Virus record (IMG/VR): IMGVR_UViG_3300031788_000002
Location: 32,001-96,000 of that record
Length of the DNA stretch: 64,000 bases
Source of the DNA: a virus
Reading direction: 5' to 3' (one strand)
The translations under genes were made by a program, and so were the position numbers. Shown one piece after another: positions 18,679-30,700 of the stretch (position 1 is the stretch's first letter; the number at the start of each line of letters is the position of its first letter). The notes under the pieces are model-generated. The model was not told the DNA's origin. It saw only the letters and a program-made list of their open reading frames with translations, and made no database searches.

Positions 18679-19274
18679 GAGCAGTGACGGCAGCAGTAGG
18701 TTCTCGTGGAATTGATGCGTTGACCCTTGTGAACACACCCGCCGTGGCCGCTGGGTTGAAGAAAAGCGGTGTTGATTTTGTTGGGCAGTACCTTGGCCGG
18801 GTTACGCCGGCGAGCGTCGCTTGCCTCTTGGAAGCCGGCTTGGCCTTTACACCGATTACTTACGCCGACATCTTCGATCCCAATGACGGGCTTGAGGTAC
18901 TGAAGCTCCTCGGTGCTCCTTCAGGATGCACGGTTTGGCTCGACGTGGAATCGGTAACGACGCTGACGGTCGCTGAATTGCAACAGAAGATCAATGCCTG
19001 GGCGAGTGCCTTGGCAGGCGCGGGGTATCAACCCGGCGTGTACGTGGGCTGCTTGAGCTTGTTGACGAGCGCGGAGCTCTACGCACTCAAGGTGGTGCGC
19101 TACTGGAAGTCGCAGAGCTGCGTACGGGATCGCTTTAACAATCTGGTCGAGCCTACATGCGGTTGGTGCATGTACCAGCTTTACCCCAGCGTTAGCTGGG
19201 CAGGGGTCTGGTCGGACGTCAACTTCGTGCAGCAAGACCATAAGGGGCGCTTGCCTGTCTTGGTGCAGGCGTAG
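18675..19274 (+). CDS. DUF1906/GH25-like glycoside hydrolase (putative muramidase)
   Basis: GID, FVGQYL, VWLDVE, PGVYVG, MYQ and DVN TIM-barrel motifs. Confidence 0.75.
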   Translation: MRAVTAAVGSRGIDALTLVNTPAVAAGLKKSGVDFVGQYLGRVTPASVACLLEAGLAFTPITYADIFDPNDGLEVLKLLGAPSGCTVWLDVESVTTLTVAELQQKINAWASALAGAGYQPGVYVGCLSLLTSAELYALKVVRYWKSQSCVRDRFNNLVEPTCGWCMYQLYPSVSWAGVWSDVNFVQQDHKGRLPVLVQA

Positions 19275-19280
19275 CTTTTC

Positions 19281-19309
19281 TTGACAAGGGATCGAACTTG
19301 TTTTAGCCT
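19281..19309 (+). promoter_or_regulatory. sigma70-type promoter
   Basis: TTGACA-N17-TAGCCT. Confidence 0.75.
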
Positions 19310-19313
19310 TCCC

Positions 19314-19394
19314 ACTCCTTCGTTGGTTCGGGTGATTCGTCGCGTGTGTGCTCTTCGAAGACCCGCTGGTTAGCTCCGGCGGGTCTTCGTCTTT
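19314..19394 (+). ncRNA. candidate small RNA with an anti-SD 5' end
   Basis: Lies between the promoter and an intrinsic terminator; no convincing ORF; begins (A)CUCCUU. Confidence 0.55.
19356..19394 (+). terminator. intrinsic terminator
   Basis: 14-bp stem CGAAGACCCGCTGG/CCGGCGGGTCTTCG followed by TCTTT. Confidence 0.75.
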
Positions 19395-19412
19395 GTGGTG
19401 TAGAATCACGCG

Positions 19413-20072
19413 GTGGCTCTCGACCTACAGATCATCCAACCGCAAAACGCGATTCCCGTTAGTCGCACCACGCTGGTGACCATCGGAGGGCTGCGCGCGC
19501 TGGATGTTTTGGGTTCGGACTTTCGCAGTGTTGATACGGTGTACATCAACGACGTGGAGAGCCCCGATGTCATCGTGGTCAGCGCAACGCGTCTCCTCGC
19601 GCAGTTGCCAAGCAGCTTGCAGAGCTTCCCCGACGTTCAAAGCGTTCAGGTACTGAGCCGCCAGCTGACCCTGTCGAAAAGCAGCGTCCTACGCTTTATC
19701 ATCGGAGATACCCCCGGTACGGTGTTTGGTATTCTTCGGTTGCTTCAGCTCTTCGTGAAAGTGCTTCTGAGTGAACCCGGCAGCGACATATTCAACAAGA
19801 CGTTGGGGGGTGCGCTCCTTCGTTCTGTAGGCACTACCTTTGGCAGCGAAGAGGGCGACAACATTCGAACCAATGCGCTGATCGCGGTAGACCGAACCTC
19901 GCGACAGATCATTTCAATTCAAAGCCGCAATGGTACGCTGCCCCGCGACGAGCGCTTGCTCAGTGCAAAGCTGATGGGCGCCACGTTTTCTCGAGCAAGC
20001 ACGTCCATGTTTCTCAGCATTGAAGTCATGTCCCAGACCGGTGTACCGGCACGAATGAACATGGAGCTATGA
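19413..20072 (+). CDS. baseplate protein (IPT-like N-terminus, gp25-like C-terminus)
   Basis: LLQLFVKVLLSEPGSD..GG...DERL pattern; precedes the wedge gene. Confidence 0.65.
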   Translation: MALDLQIIQPQNAIPVSRTTLVTIGGLRALDVLGSDFRSVDTVYINDVESPDVIVVSATRLLAQLPSSLQSFPDVQSVQVLSRQLTLSKSSVLRFIIGDTPGTVFGILRLLQLFVKVLLSEPGSDIFNKTLGGALLRSVGTTFGSEEGDNIRTNALIAVDRTSRQIISIQSRNGTLPRDERLLSAKLMGATFSRASTSMFLSIEVMSQTGVPARMNMEL

Positions 20073-23000
20073 ATGGCCCTGCGCGATTATGAGGCGTTTA
20101 TCCGGCAGTGTGTTGCGGCGTTCGACCCGAACCTCGACACGACTCCCGGCTCGCCGTTCGACAACAAGGTCATTCAGCCCCTCGAGCGCCGTTTAGGCCC
20201 CGATCCCTTTTCGGTGGACTTGATGACCTTTGTCATCGAGCGCTTGCGTCAAGCGTACCCGCAAATGGCCACGGGGGAAGCGGACACTCTGACGGATCTC
20301 TTGGTCAAACCCGTGACCCTGCTCTGGGATCCACTGGTCCGCGAGAACACGCGCGTGCGTCGCAATTTATCGTTTGCGGATCCCAGCACGCTAACTGCTG
20401 AAGAGGCCGATAGCTTGGGCGGCAACTTTTTTGTGCCGCGGCAGCTCGGCAAGTTCTCTCAGGGGACAGGGCGCGTTTACTTCGCAACCCCACAGCAGAT
20501 TACGGTGACCCAAAACAACTTCGTCACGGCACTGGGAGGGCTCATTTTTGTGCCCACGTCGGTGCAGAGCATTCGCAGCGAAGAGATGCTCCTAAACATC
20601 GATACGAACGGTCTTTACTACATCGACATTTCCTTGATCGCGAGCGCCCCGGGAAGCGCGTACGACATCACTCCCAACACGCTGTCGTCCATCGCCAACA
20701 TCCCGTCGGCGGTGCAGATCACCAACCTGGCGCGCTTTCAAGGAGGGGATGACGAAGAGTCCCCCGTGGATTATGCCGGGCGGCTTCAGCAGGGGTTGGG
20801 GGAAAAGAGCTTGGTTACCCTGCGCGGCGCCGCGGCCAAGCTGCTGGAAGCCTTCCCCGCGATCAACCGGTTGAACTTGGTGGGGGCGGGGGACCCGGAG
20901 ATGCAGCGCGACGTGCTCACCGGTGGCGGGCTAGGGCCCATCGTGGCTTCGGGGACCGGGGGCGTGGCCATCAGCGATGGGGGCGATGGGGCATTTACGC
21001 GACGCTTCTTCACCAACGAAGTGAACTTCGACGACGTCGTCGGGTCCGAGACCGATTTTGTGCTGACCGTCTTCGGGGCTGTGTCCGGGGTGGCCGCCGC
21101 TGTCGACATTGCAGTGCAGCGCGTCGTCGATCAAAACAGCGTCGATCTCGTAAGTCCTCTTTTGGTGCTGACGACGTCGGGCATCGCATGGATGCTGCGT
21201 CAGACGCAATTGACGCTAAGCACCATCCCCGGGGGAATTCTCTTTCCCAACACGCCCAACGGGGAACTGGTGGTCCCGAGCGGAACCATTCACATAGGGG
21301 GCGCTTTTGACTCTTACGTGCGCGGCAATGACTTTGATACAGCCACGTTGGCCCTCGCCAATGTGGCGGCAGACACCCCGTTGATTTCGGGTGTGCACGC
21401 GCTCGTTACGGACAACACGGGGGGCGGCGTAACGAACACGTCCTTGGTTACGCTGGCGGATTTGCTGCTTGGAGGGAACTACCAAGCGGGAGACAGCACG
21501 GACACCGTGCTCGCCACCGCCGAGTACGAGGGGTACGCCTTTCAGCTCGAGAACGGACCCAACACGGGAACGTATCGCATTCTTGAGTACTTTCCGGCCA
21601 GTGCCCCGGGGGGAAATCCAGCCCTTCGTGTAGCGGGTGCTTTGGCGGTCAGCACCCTTGTACCGGCGCGCTGGCGGCTTTTCAGTGACATCGACGTCAA
21701 CTTGATTGAACCGAAGCAAACCCATGTGAGCGGGCAGGATTTGGTGGCGACGCAAGGCAGCGCGCTTGTTACTACCGAAGGGGACATCAGCTTTACAGAT
21801 TTTGGCGTCAGTAAAGGCGATACGCTTCGAATCCTTGATGGCCCCAATGCGGGGGATTACACCATCATCGCTAACCCCCTGGTGCCGGATTACGATTACA
21901 TCCAGGTGGACCGGGCGCTTGCTTTCTCGAGTACGGATACAAGTTACACGGTATTCACGCCGAATAGCGGAAGCCTGACGCTGCCACTGGTGCGCATTAC
22001 GAGCGTTGAATTGTTGGACTCCAGCGCGCAGCCGCTTGGTAGCTTTATTCCCTACGCAAAGCCTATCGACATTCAAAGCCGGTCCTTTCAAAATGCTGGG
22101 CAGGGCGTTAAGCACGATCTACGCAACGTTCGTGTAGGGCTCGTCAGCCTTCAGGCGGATCCCACATCGCTGAGCTTTGTCATTGGCGTGGGCGCTACCA
22201 CGTTGACATTTTACTTCCCCACGTTGGCGTACCCTGCGGTTACGGTGACCTTAACCCCGGGCGCGGTTCTTTTAACTGATCTCATCGACCAGCTCAACGA
22301 ACTGCTTTTGGTAGGAACTGGGGGTATTTATGCTGAAGTCATCGTTCAGGTAAACACACGTCAGTTTGGCGTGCGCCCGGTGGGTGACGGCTTCGTAGCC
22401 CTCATCGGGGGTACTGCGCGCACCACCTTATTTGGCTACGCCGATTTGCGCACAACCGCGGATATCCGTACCGACGAAGGCGACACCGTCGACAATTGGT
22501 GGGGTACTCTAAACCCCGCCATCGACCCCATTACAGGGCTGGACGTGGTGCAGATCATCGATGGGCGCAATAGCGGGTTCTACGCGGGTCCTTTCCTTTT
22601 GCAGGCGCAGGACACGACCGACTTTCCCCAGGCCGCAGCCTCCCGTGCTCTGCTCATTGGAAGCTCCCTCGACGCGTTGAGTAATGGGGGCGTCTGCTTT
22701 GCTCCTGATGCCCAGCGCCATGTCATTCTGGGTTCGCGGTCCCTTGGCAGCGCGCGCGTTTACTTCTTGGAACCCACGACGTTCGAGGTCAACGCCAACA
22801 CCGTCTTTACCTACGACGCGGGCGCGACAGGTTTCATTCAGTTCATCCCGGACCCCACGCTGAACCAACAGCAGATTCCGCCTCTACCAAACGGTGTAAC
22901 GCCCACCGATGGGGTGGCTACTGCGGCGGGTACTTCGTTCAGTTCCGCGAGCCAGGACTTTCTTCTTTCGGGCATTAACATTGGGGATCAGCTCTTCATC

Positions 23001-24200
23001 GACAACATTCCCCTGGCTGGTACGGTTGCACTGACCAATCCCGTTGTAGGGGCTGCTGGAACAACGCTGATTTACAGCATTCAAGACAGCCCGGATCGCC
23101 AGCTCGTGTTGGTGCGTGATGACCCAACGATTCCCGCCAATGCCGTTACAATGACGGGCATCATCAACCAGATCAACGCATCCATCGGATTGACAGTGGC
23201 GTCGTACAACGCCAGCAATCAGCTGACGTTCAGCACAAGTCTTCCCTTTGTTATTCGAGCGCAGGGAACAGCAAACCCCATTCTGCTAGGGGATATTCTG
23301 GGGTATGCGGGGCCTCGTGCGTTCAGCGATGAAGACACCAGTAATGCGTCGCCGTACAGTTTGGAGGATGGGTACACCGTCACGGATGTGGGCACGACAA
23401 CGTTAGGGGTAATGCCAGTCTTCACGTCCAGCGACCCCAACTGGCCCGCTACAATGACGAATCAAACCTTTCGCGTACTGCGCAAAGGGGTGCAGCGGGT
23501 ATCCACCACGCAAATGGCTGTGCAGATAGCGGAGGCGGGGCTTTACTACGTGGATGTGCAGCTCGTTAGCATGGGCGCCGGAGACTTCTGGAACATCACC
23601 GACAGTAACCAGATGACGGCCATGGGGTACAAATCCGACGGGTATTACTTAACGACCGCCGATTCCAATTTGACGTTCAGCCTTGTCGAGCGGCCTACCT
23701 TGATCGTGTCCCGAACCATCCTCGAGCAGGGGGTGGATGATGATCCGCGAAACGCGACACAGGTTTCTGGGCAGAACCTTCAGATTGCGTACGATCGCTC
23801 AGACCTCGTGGGATCCGTTCAAGCGTTTGAGATGAGTGAAACGGAGCGGGTTGTTTGTGCGAGCCCCCTAAGCCGCCACCTGATCCCTCATTTCGTGCGC
23901 TTCGACATGACGTACTACGGGGGTAGCGACGAAAGCGTCGTTCTGGCGGATGTGCAGACGTACATCAAGAACATTTACCCAACGGATGGGCTGGACGCGT
24001 CCGAAGTTCAACAGTTGGCGGGTAATCGGGGAGCGACCAAGGTCACGAACCCACTGACCCTCCTCGCAGTGGTTCACTACGAAGACCGCTCCGTTTACAT
24101 TCAGCGGTCCCAGGATTCTCTGGGTGTCAGCCGTCTAAATGCGTTCTTCCCTGATGTGCTCAACATCACGCGCAGTCTTTCGAGCACGAGTAACCTATAA
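20073..24200 (+). CDS. baseplate wedge protein (J/gp6-like)
   Basis: 1375 aa; N-terminal baseplate-J-like features (DLLVKP, G.V.F, PG.AY.I, GG.DEE, VG.GDPEMQRD). Confidence 0.75.
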   Translation: MALRDYEAFIRQCVAAFDPNLDTTPGSPFDNKVIQPLERRLGPDPFSVDLMTFVIERLRQAYPQMATGEADTLTDLLVKPVTLLWDPLVRENTRVRRNLSFADPSTLTAEEADSLGGNFFVPRQLGKFSQGTGRVYFATPQQITVTQNNFVTALGGLIFVPTSVQSIRSEEMLLNIDTNGLYYIDISLIASAPGSAYDITPNTLSSIANIPSAVQITNLARFQGGDDEESPVDYAGRLQQGLGEKSLVTLRGAAAKLLEAFPAINRLNLVGAGDPEMQRDVLTGGGLGPIVASGTGGVAISDGGDGAFTRRFFTNEVNFDDVVGSETDFVLTVFGAVSGVAAAVDIAVQRVVDQNSVDLVSPLLVLTTSGIAWMLRQTQLTLSTIPGGILFPNTPNGELVVPSGTIHIGGAFDSYVRGNDFDTATLALANVAADTPLISGVHALVTDNTGGGVTNTSLVTLADLLLGGNYQAGDSTDTVLATAEYEGYAFQLENGPNTGTYRILEYFPASAPGGNPALRVAGALAVSTLVPARWRLFSDIDVNLIEPKQTHVSGQDLVATQGSALVTTEGDISFTDFGVSKGDTLRILDGPNAGDYTIIANPLVPDYDYIQVDRALAFSSTDTSYTVFTPNSGSLTLPLVRITSVELLDSSAQPLGSFIPYAKPIDIQSRSFQNAGQGVKHDLRNVRVGLVSLQADPTSLSFVIGVGATTLTFYFPTLAYPAVTVTLTPGAVLLTDLIDQLNELLLVGTGGIYAEVIVQVNTRQFGVRPVGDGFVALIGGTARTTLFGYADLRTTADIRTDEGDTVDNWWGTLNPAIDPITGLDVVQIIDGRNSGFYAGPFLLQAQDTTDFPQAAASRALLIGSSLDALSNGGVCFAPDAQRHVILGSRSLGSARVYFLEPTTFEVNANTVFTYDAGATGFIQFIPDPTLNQQQIPPLPNGVTPTDGVATAAGTSFSSASQDFLLSGINIGDQLFIDNIPLAGTVALTNPVVGAAGTTLIYSIQDSPDRQLVLVRDDPTIPANAVTMTGIINQINASIGLTVASYNASNQLTFSTSLPFVIRAQGTANPILLGDILGYAGPRAFSDEDTSNASPYSLEDGYTVTDVGTTTLGVMPVFTSSDPNWPATMTNQTFRVLRKGVQRVSTTQMAVQIAEAGLYYVDVQLVSMGAGDFWNITDSNQMTAMGYKSDGYYLTTADSNLTFSLVERPTLIVSRTILEQGVDDDPRNATQVSGQNLQIAYDRSDLVGSVQAFEMSETERVVCASPLSRHLIPHFVRFDMTYYGGSDESVVLADVQTYIKNIYPTDGLDASEVQQLAGNRGATKVTNPLTLLAVVHYEDRSVYIQRSQDSLGVSRLNAFFPDVLNITRSLSSTSNL

Positions 24201-24202
24201 TG

Positions 24203-24571
24203 TCAACGGTGTACTCCGCTGACATCATCATCCAGGGGGATGGTGGGTACGAAGTGGCCTTCGTCGACGATCAATCCACTGCGTGGGTTCATCAAGAGCT
24301 TGCACGAAAGGCAGCGCAGAAGCGCTTGCGCCGTTGCGCAGTCTGGAAGCCATGTGGTGCCGGCACCCCGTGCACCACCGATAAATTCACGGATCATGTC
24401 GCTGCGGCAGCTCGGGCACACGAATTGGTTGTAGAAGGCGGCGTCTGCCTTGGCAGCCGGCGCAATTGCATCCGTGTATCCTTGAATGGCCTTGCGCGCG
24501 ACGTCCGGGTTCAGCGTTTGAACCGCGCCGCGGGCTTGCGCAAAGTCAGCCAGCGTTATGGTCTTCGACAT
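24203..24571 (-). CDS. Zn-ribbon protein, antisense within the tail operon
   Basis: CPSC...CLSC; leaderless ATG 6 nt after TGC-TACCCT. Confidence 0.7.
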   Translation of the reverse strand: MSKTITLADFAQARGAVQTLNPDVARKAIQGYTDAIAPAAKADAAFYNQFVCPSCRSDMIREFIGGARGAGTTWLPDCATAQALLRCLSCKLLMNPRSGLIVDEGHFVPTIPLDDDVSGVHR

Positions 24572-24588
24572 CGAATGAGGGTAGCAGA

Positions 24589-27500
24589 ATGCCGAGTGCT
24601 GTAGCGCTTTTGACGTTTTCTCAAGGGTTGCGTGTAGGCAGTCCGGGTCAGGCACTGATCGTGGTCGACGGCGCTCCCGTCACCATCACCAATGCGGGGA
24701 ACTCGGGCGTTCAATCCTTTTTGATCGAGCTTCTGTACGCGCCCCCAAGTAGCAGTCAGCAAATCACCCCGGGTACGCAGCCTCCGACGGTGTTGGCACA
24801 GGGTAACGGTGTACCGACGGCCAGTTTGATGCCCGACGAGGGCGTTCACGGGTGTTACCGTCTTCGTTTGACGGTGTGGGCGGGGACGAATTACACGGGG
24901 CAATCGGACGTCGACATCCGCAACGTCGCGGTGGTGACACCGATCTTGAAGTCGGTGAAGCCCCCCTACCAAAAGTTTCCGGATCCGTTGCCTCTGGAGG
25001 CCACAGGGGTTTCCGGTGCCAAGCCTGATGAGCTGAATTTCGAAGGGCAGCCGTGGGGATGGTCCGGTTCGGATTCCTATGAACGCACGGAGTACCACCT
25101 CTTAGACTCGTTTATGGAGCGCGTGGACGGCTTGGCCAGCGAGGGCATCGCCGGCCCCACAGGTCCCGCGGGCGCTACTGGTGCGGCGGGAGCCACGGGA
25201 ATCCCGGGGCTTGCGGGAGCTACCGGTGCGACGGGAGCCCCGGGCGCTACCGGCGCGATGGGGTCGGCCGGGCAGTCTTTGGCCGCCAATTCCATCGACT
25301 TGTTCAATCGCGTGGGTCCCACGTTGAACATGTCCGCGAGCTGGCCTCCGCAGCCTACGGGCGCATTGCTCCCCTGGGGTGCTTTCCCCCAAACGGTTAC
25401 GGGGGCGCATCCGTTGACGCTTTCGGTAGATCCCACCACGAACGCGGTGGAAGGGGTTGGGCCTTTTGTTTGGTACACGCGCGTCGGGTCCCGGGACTTG
25501 GTACGCGTGGACATGGGCGCCGGGGGTATTTCAAGCAACGCTAGCGTCGTGGTGCCCTTATTTGGGGTTGCCCCCAACGTGACCATCCTTGGTCATCTAC
25601 AAACGCCCGGCGCACTCTGGGTTTTTGCGTACACCACCGTTTCTTACAACCCGGTGAAGACCCTCATCGCGCGCGTCGACTCCGCTACCACCGCGGTCAC
25701 GTACGCGTACTACCCAGGAGATGTGAGTGCACCCACGGAGCCTGGGGCTATTGGACTGACCAACGCGTACGTTGCCCCGGTGTTCAATACGTACCTCGGA
25801 AAGATTTTGTTCACGTCGGGGTATGAACAAATCACCACTTTTCTCGTCTACAGCCTCGACGTTGTAACCGGCGAGGTGGACCATCTCACTCTTTCGCTAA
25901 CGTCTCTCGATGGAACCCAGACGATGTACTTCACCAACATCATGGGGATGTTGATGGTCGGCGCTTACTTGTGGCTGGTTGTCTCTGGTGATTACAGTAC
26001 TTCGCCGGATATCGGTTCCAACGCGACGTACTTGGTAAAAGTCAATCCGTACACGTATCAAGCCCTCGATCTTGTCGAGCTGTACACCAGCTCTTCGGGC
26101 ACGCCCAGCAAGATGCTGGCTACGGCAACCAAGATTTACATTTACCCTTACCATCCCGGAAGCGCGTCTGAGCCAGGCTACACAACGACGCTCACGCAAG
26201 TGGATATGACGACGCTTGCTGTTGAAACCGTGACGTGGTTGGGCGAAGGAAGCATCACTGCGCTGGCTTACGATGGTACCTACGTGTGGGCTGCGGTGGC
26301 GTTGTCATCGGCTCCTGAAATCGGATCACCGGCGCTTCAATTCAATCAGCTGACACTGGTAGAAACGGCCACGCCGGTTTGGGGGTCGTCGTTTAATGTG
26401 AATCAACCGGAACCGGACGGCGTAGAGGGTAACCAGTGGTATTGGGGGCCTATTGTCGCTTACGACATGGCGTACGACCCGTACACGCAAACGTTGTACG
26501 CGGTGGACTCCAACAACGACTTTTTGATTACCTGTGCTTTACCCTCGGGGGGTACCTGGCTTGGTGGAACGAAGGGCATCGTAAATTGGGGGAATGGCGC
26601 GCAAGGCCCCGTGGGAGCCACAGGCACAGACGGTGCAACTGGAGCCAAGGGGGCTACTGGTGCAACTGGTGCCACCGGTGCAACTGGAGCCACGGGGGCT
26701 ACTGGTGCAACTGGTGCCACCGGTGCGACGGGTGCAGCGGGGAGCTCCGGCGCTTTCACGGCGACAACAACCGCAGGGTTCACTCAGCCGGCGGTCAATG
26801 CCTCTGTGGTCGTCGCCGTGCCGACGGCACCTTTCACGACCGGGCAGCAAGTAACGATTCCAGGGGTCGGCACGTACACCGCGACGGTGACGGACGGCTC
26901 ACATCTAACACTGTTGAATTCGTACCTTACGAAAAACGCCGCGCCGGGCACCGTCGAGCCGAGCGGGCTTATCGTGACGTCAGGCGGCTTGACGTCGCGA
27001 GACGTTCGCACGCCGGTACCCCTGCATGAGTGGTACCTCACCGAATCTTCGAGCCCATTCGCTGATACGGGGTCGAGTGCTAATCCATTCTCCTTCGCTG
27101 TTCTTACGGGTACGTCGGTCTCGTTTCAGCAGGCGGGACCCTTGCAATACGCGGTCGATACGAGCAGCGGCCTAAACCCCCCGCATGGGGGGGCTATGAC
27201 GGGCGGCAACAACGCAACCGAGGAAATCGTCTACCCGTTTACGCTGAGTGTGTGGTTCTGGAAGAACTCGAATCCTGGAACATCGGGTTTACTTGGCCGA
27301 AGCTACGGAACATCCGGTGGAATTACGAGTTGCTCGTGTGGCCTATGGGACTACAGCGGTACGCCTGGGTTTGGGTTGTACACTTCCGCGACCGTTACTC
27401 TCGTTAGTTCTTATCAGACTATCACTTTGGGTGCCTGGCACAATATTGTGGGCACCTACGACGGCGCGTACGCGCGCCTGTACTACGACGGGAACCTCGT

Positions 27501-27699
27501 GCAATCGACGGCGGTAACGGGGGCAATTCAGTGGACGACGACCAACAACTGGTGGTTTGGCGATGAGCTTGTAACGTCGAGTTCGACGCTCAACCCAAAT
27601 TCCTACCCAGGCATGGTCGCGCTCCCTCGCATTTACAACGTCGCGCTGACCGCCGTGCAGGTTCAAACGCAGTACCAAGCCATGATGGGTCGGTTCTAG
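24589..27699 (+). CDS. tail/virion fibre: collagen repeats, beta-propeller-like middle, C-terminal LamG/ConA-like domain
   Basis: GAGGG RBS before ATG at 24589; two Gly-X-Y tracts; [10 protein letters not shown]...LYYDG...RIYNVALT. Confidence 0.85.
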   Translation: MPSAVALLTFSQGLRVGSPGQALIVVDGAPVTITNAGNSGVQSFLIELLYAPPSSSQQITPGTQPPTVLAQGNGVPTASLMPDEGVHGCYRLRLTVWAGTNYTGQSDVDIRNVAVVTPILKSVKPPYQKFPDPLPLEATGVSGAKPDELNFEGQPWGWSGSDSYERTEYHLLDSFMERVDGLASEGIAGPTGPAGATGAAGATGIPGLAGATGATGAPGATGAMGSAGQSLAANSIDLFNRVGPTLNMSASWPPQPTGALLPWGAFPQTVTGAHPLTLSVDPTTNAVEGVGPFVWYTRVGSRDLVRVDMGAGGISSNASVVVPLFGVAPNVTILGHLQTPGALWVFAYTTVSYNPVKTLIARVDSATTAVTYAYYPGDVSAPTEPGAIGLTNAYVAPVFNTYLGKILFTSGYEQITTFLVYSLDVVTGEVDHLTLSLTSLDGTQTMYFTNIMGMLMVGAYLWLVVSGDYSTSPDIGSNATYLVKVNPYTYQALDLVELYTSSSGTPSKMLATATKIYIYPYHPGSASEPGYTTTLTQVDMTTLAVETVTWLGEGSITALAYDGTYVWAAVALSSAPEIGSPALQFNQLTLVETATPVWGSSFNVNQPEPDGVEGNQWYWGPIVAYDMAYDPYTQTLYAVDSNNDFLITCALPSGGTWLGGTKGIVNWGNGAQGPVGATGTDGATGAKGATGATGATGATGATGATGATGATGATGAAGSSGAFTATTTAGFTQPAVNASVVVAVPTAPFTTGQQVTIPGVGTYTATVTDGSHLTLLNSYLTKNAAPGTVEPSGLIVTSGGLTSRDVRTPVPLHEWYLTESSSPFADTGSSANPFSFAVLTGTSVSFQQAGPLQYAVDTSSGLNPPHGGAMTGGNNATEEIVYPFTLSVWFWKNSNPGTSGLLGRSYGTSGGITSCSCGLWDYSGTPGFGLYTSATVTLVSSYQTITLGAWHNIVGTYDGAYARLYYDGNLVQSTAVTGAIQWTTTNNWWFGDELVTSSSTLNPNSYPGMVALPRIYNVALTAVQVQTQYQAMMGRF
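26595..26750 (+). repeat. collagen-coding 9-bp-unit repeat (GAT)n
   Basis: GGTGCAACT/GGAGCCACG/GGGGCTACT units with higher-order duplication. Confidence 0.85.
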
Positions 27700-27700
27700 C

Positions 27701-30700
27701 ATGAGTTTCGGTAATACCCCGTGGGGTAGCAATTGGGGAGCCGGAGAAGACGCTGTTCCCCTTGAGAATATTCCCACGAGCCGCCAGTGGGATATCTTCG
27801 ATTTATCGGGTGTTGCACGACCCGATGACTTGGAGCGCGTCGCTACCTTTGTTCAAGTGGCTCTTGTCGGAAGTGCTGAAGGATTCTTTCCCAGTTCCTT
27901 CAATGTTGCATCTGGGGGAGCGTACCCAGCAACCACCGCTATCCTAGCGATTGATGTTGCGGTCACAGCTTCCTTCACGGTTCAGTACGACGTTAGCTTT
28001 GAGGCGCTCCCCCCGGACTTTAGTGGCTTATCCCAGGACGTTCCTTGTGGGCCTCATGTTTACCTAGGGGTTTGGGATGCCAATGGGTACGCTGCCGGCT
28101 TTTTCATCTCGGAAGAGGGTTGGGCTTATACCGGGGAAGTCACTATCGACAGCGATGGAAACATCATCCCCGACCAGCCCGTTACGCAGATTCCGGGAAG
28201 CGCCACGTGGACGCAAGTCGGGGTTGAGTACGTTATTCGCGTTGTTGTCGACGCCAGCGCTCAGCTTTTGTACCTGTTCATTACACCCAGCGCGAGCGCT
28301 TCTGCGGGACAGCAGCTTCAGGCCATTCTAGTAGCGCTGCCGACCATCAGCGACATTCCTAGTGCCGCCTTTGTTTCGGTACTAGGGGCGCCCGAGGCTG
28401 TTTCTTGGGTCGAGCTATTCAACTACCAGCTTTCCTCTCAAGCGCTTTTGTTGTCGGTACCCCCCACCGCGAACGCGGGCAGTGATCAGACGACGCTGTT
28501 CTGCAGTATTGTGCAGTTGGATGGTAGTGCGAGTTTTGACCCGCATGGACTCGCGCTGACGTACGAATGGCGCTTGGTCGACGCACCGAACGGCAGCATG
28601 TTTTTGGCCACGGGCGGTGACGGCCAAACGTTCGAAGAGGTACCCCCCACCGGGTTTACCGATACCTTCTACAGCGAAGATTTGGTAGCGATTGATGCAC
28701 TCGAACCGCTGCAAGTCGGGGATGTATTAACGGACAACGACGGGTCGTTCACGATCGTTAATATCAATAGAGTAAATCCGTTTTCTGTCCAAGTAGAGTA
28801 CCAAGATTTGCCCGAGAACATTTCGGGTACGCAGTTCAAAGTACTTCGACAGAACGGGATCAATGGAGCAACAACGGTCAAGCCGACGTTCTACCCCGAC
28901 GTCTTGGCGTTCTTTACGTTTGACCTTCGCGTGAATAACGGCAGCACAAGTTCGAGCCCCCAGGGAACCAATCGAAGCCGCGTGCTGGTGAACGTGCTCG
29001 AGAGCGCGCTTCCAAAGGGATGTCCTATTGATGCGTCCTTCCTGTTCGATAATTTGCTGTCGGTCTGGAAGCAGGTTGAGGATCGGGATCGCATCAGCGT
29101 CTTTTGGGAGGCGTTGGCGCGCGTTGCGTCCACTGAGCTCTATACGCTGTGGCAGGTCGAGTACAGCAAGAGCCTTCGGGATATTCAGCGCACCTTTATT
29201 CGTCGTTGGATTCACTACGACTTGTTGTTGCCCGAACCGTCGCCGGAGCTTACCGCCGTGCGTTTCATCTGGGGTGGGATTACCTCCAATGCACTGCCCT
29301 CCTCAGGGGTGAGCGGGGTCGCGGGCACGCGCGTGGTGGTGGGCTCTCCTTTCTTGGCGGCACCCGTGGCCGTCCCCTTGGTCGGACTGGGCACGGTGCC
29401 CCCCACAGCCTTCGCGCAAGAGCTGCAGGCACGCCTTCGCGAAGTGTTGGGGCCTAGCGTCACGGCCACGGTGTGGTGGACGCGCCCCTCAGTTACTTCA
29501 GCGCCCATCGGCGTGTTGACGTACCCCGACGCCGTCGCGGGGCTCACTCTGACCGTTTCCGTGGACGGGGTATCCGCTACGGCCACCGTCGGAACGCCAA
29601 GCGATCTTCCCAGCTTTCTGGCGGACTTGGCCGCGCAGTTGCCCGCAGCCGTGCTGACGCTGACGAGCGCGCAGGGCCTGCGCGTTGGTTCCCCTACCGT
29701 GGGCAGCCCCGCCGGGGCGGCGCTCAGCATTGATCTGGGCAGCACACTGCTTGTGAGCAATGGGGGGCCGCTGACCTTCGCTTCGCTGACCTCGGCGCCC
29801 GCGGCGTATGTGCACGTAACCGCCGCGATTCCTTTTGTTCTCCTTGGTACATCGACGTCGCCAGGCTTTACGTACCCGTGCGTCAACACCTTGTTAGGGG
29901 GTACGGGCGGCGAGGCGTTGAGTGCTTACGCCTTTCGGGTTTCGTGCTCTCTAAGTGACAGCGCCCTACTGGAAGACGACTTGTTGGTGGTTAACCGGCA
30001 AGGGTACCGCGTGGTGCGCGCCGTGGATGACCCTAGCGATGACTTCGCGTTTCAACGCCTCGTGGTTAAGGACCCCCTTCCACCAACAGTGTTGGGCGGC
30101 GCGAGTTGGGTGGTTCCGGGGTGGGTGGATTCCACCTTTTTGAATTTCTGGGCGGGACTGGTGGACGCGGGCGACCCCGTGGACTTCGAGCTCATCGTTC
30201 CGGTCAACGGGCAGAACGTCATCACGTTGGTGTCCACCGTGGCCCTCGGAGCGAATGCAACGCAGGTCAATCGCCTGGCGGTGGATACGGGACTCTTGGC
30301 GGCTCAGCTGTCGCTTCAGCCCGGCGCGTTCGTACGTCTCGCTCGTGTACTGCGCCGTCATTTCATTCCGGTGGACAGTCGCATCGTCGATATCCCCACG
30401 CTCAGCGATGTCATCGCGATCGTGGATACAGACGAGGTGTTGCTACGGAACGTGGATTACTTCCTCGAAGCGTTTCGAGGACAGTCGGCCCTGCGTTTCG
30501 TGTCGGGTGTTGCGCCCGATGTCGGGGATGTTTTTGAAAGTGAGCGTCCCCCGGTGCGCTTGTGGGCGGAGTACACCTTTTTCGATAACAGCGATCTCAT
30601 CGAGGCCAACTTCGGCTCTGCGATCGGTCTAACCCGGGACATGGTACCCGCTACCGTGGATTACCTATCGGCGGTGCGGGGCATCTGGTACGCGCGATAC

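Noticed and set aside
24589-27699. Diversity-generating retroelement targeting the fibre tip
   Set aside because: No reverse transcriptase and no template/variable repeat pair seen in the window.
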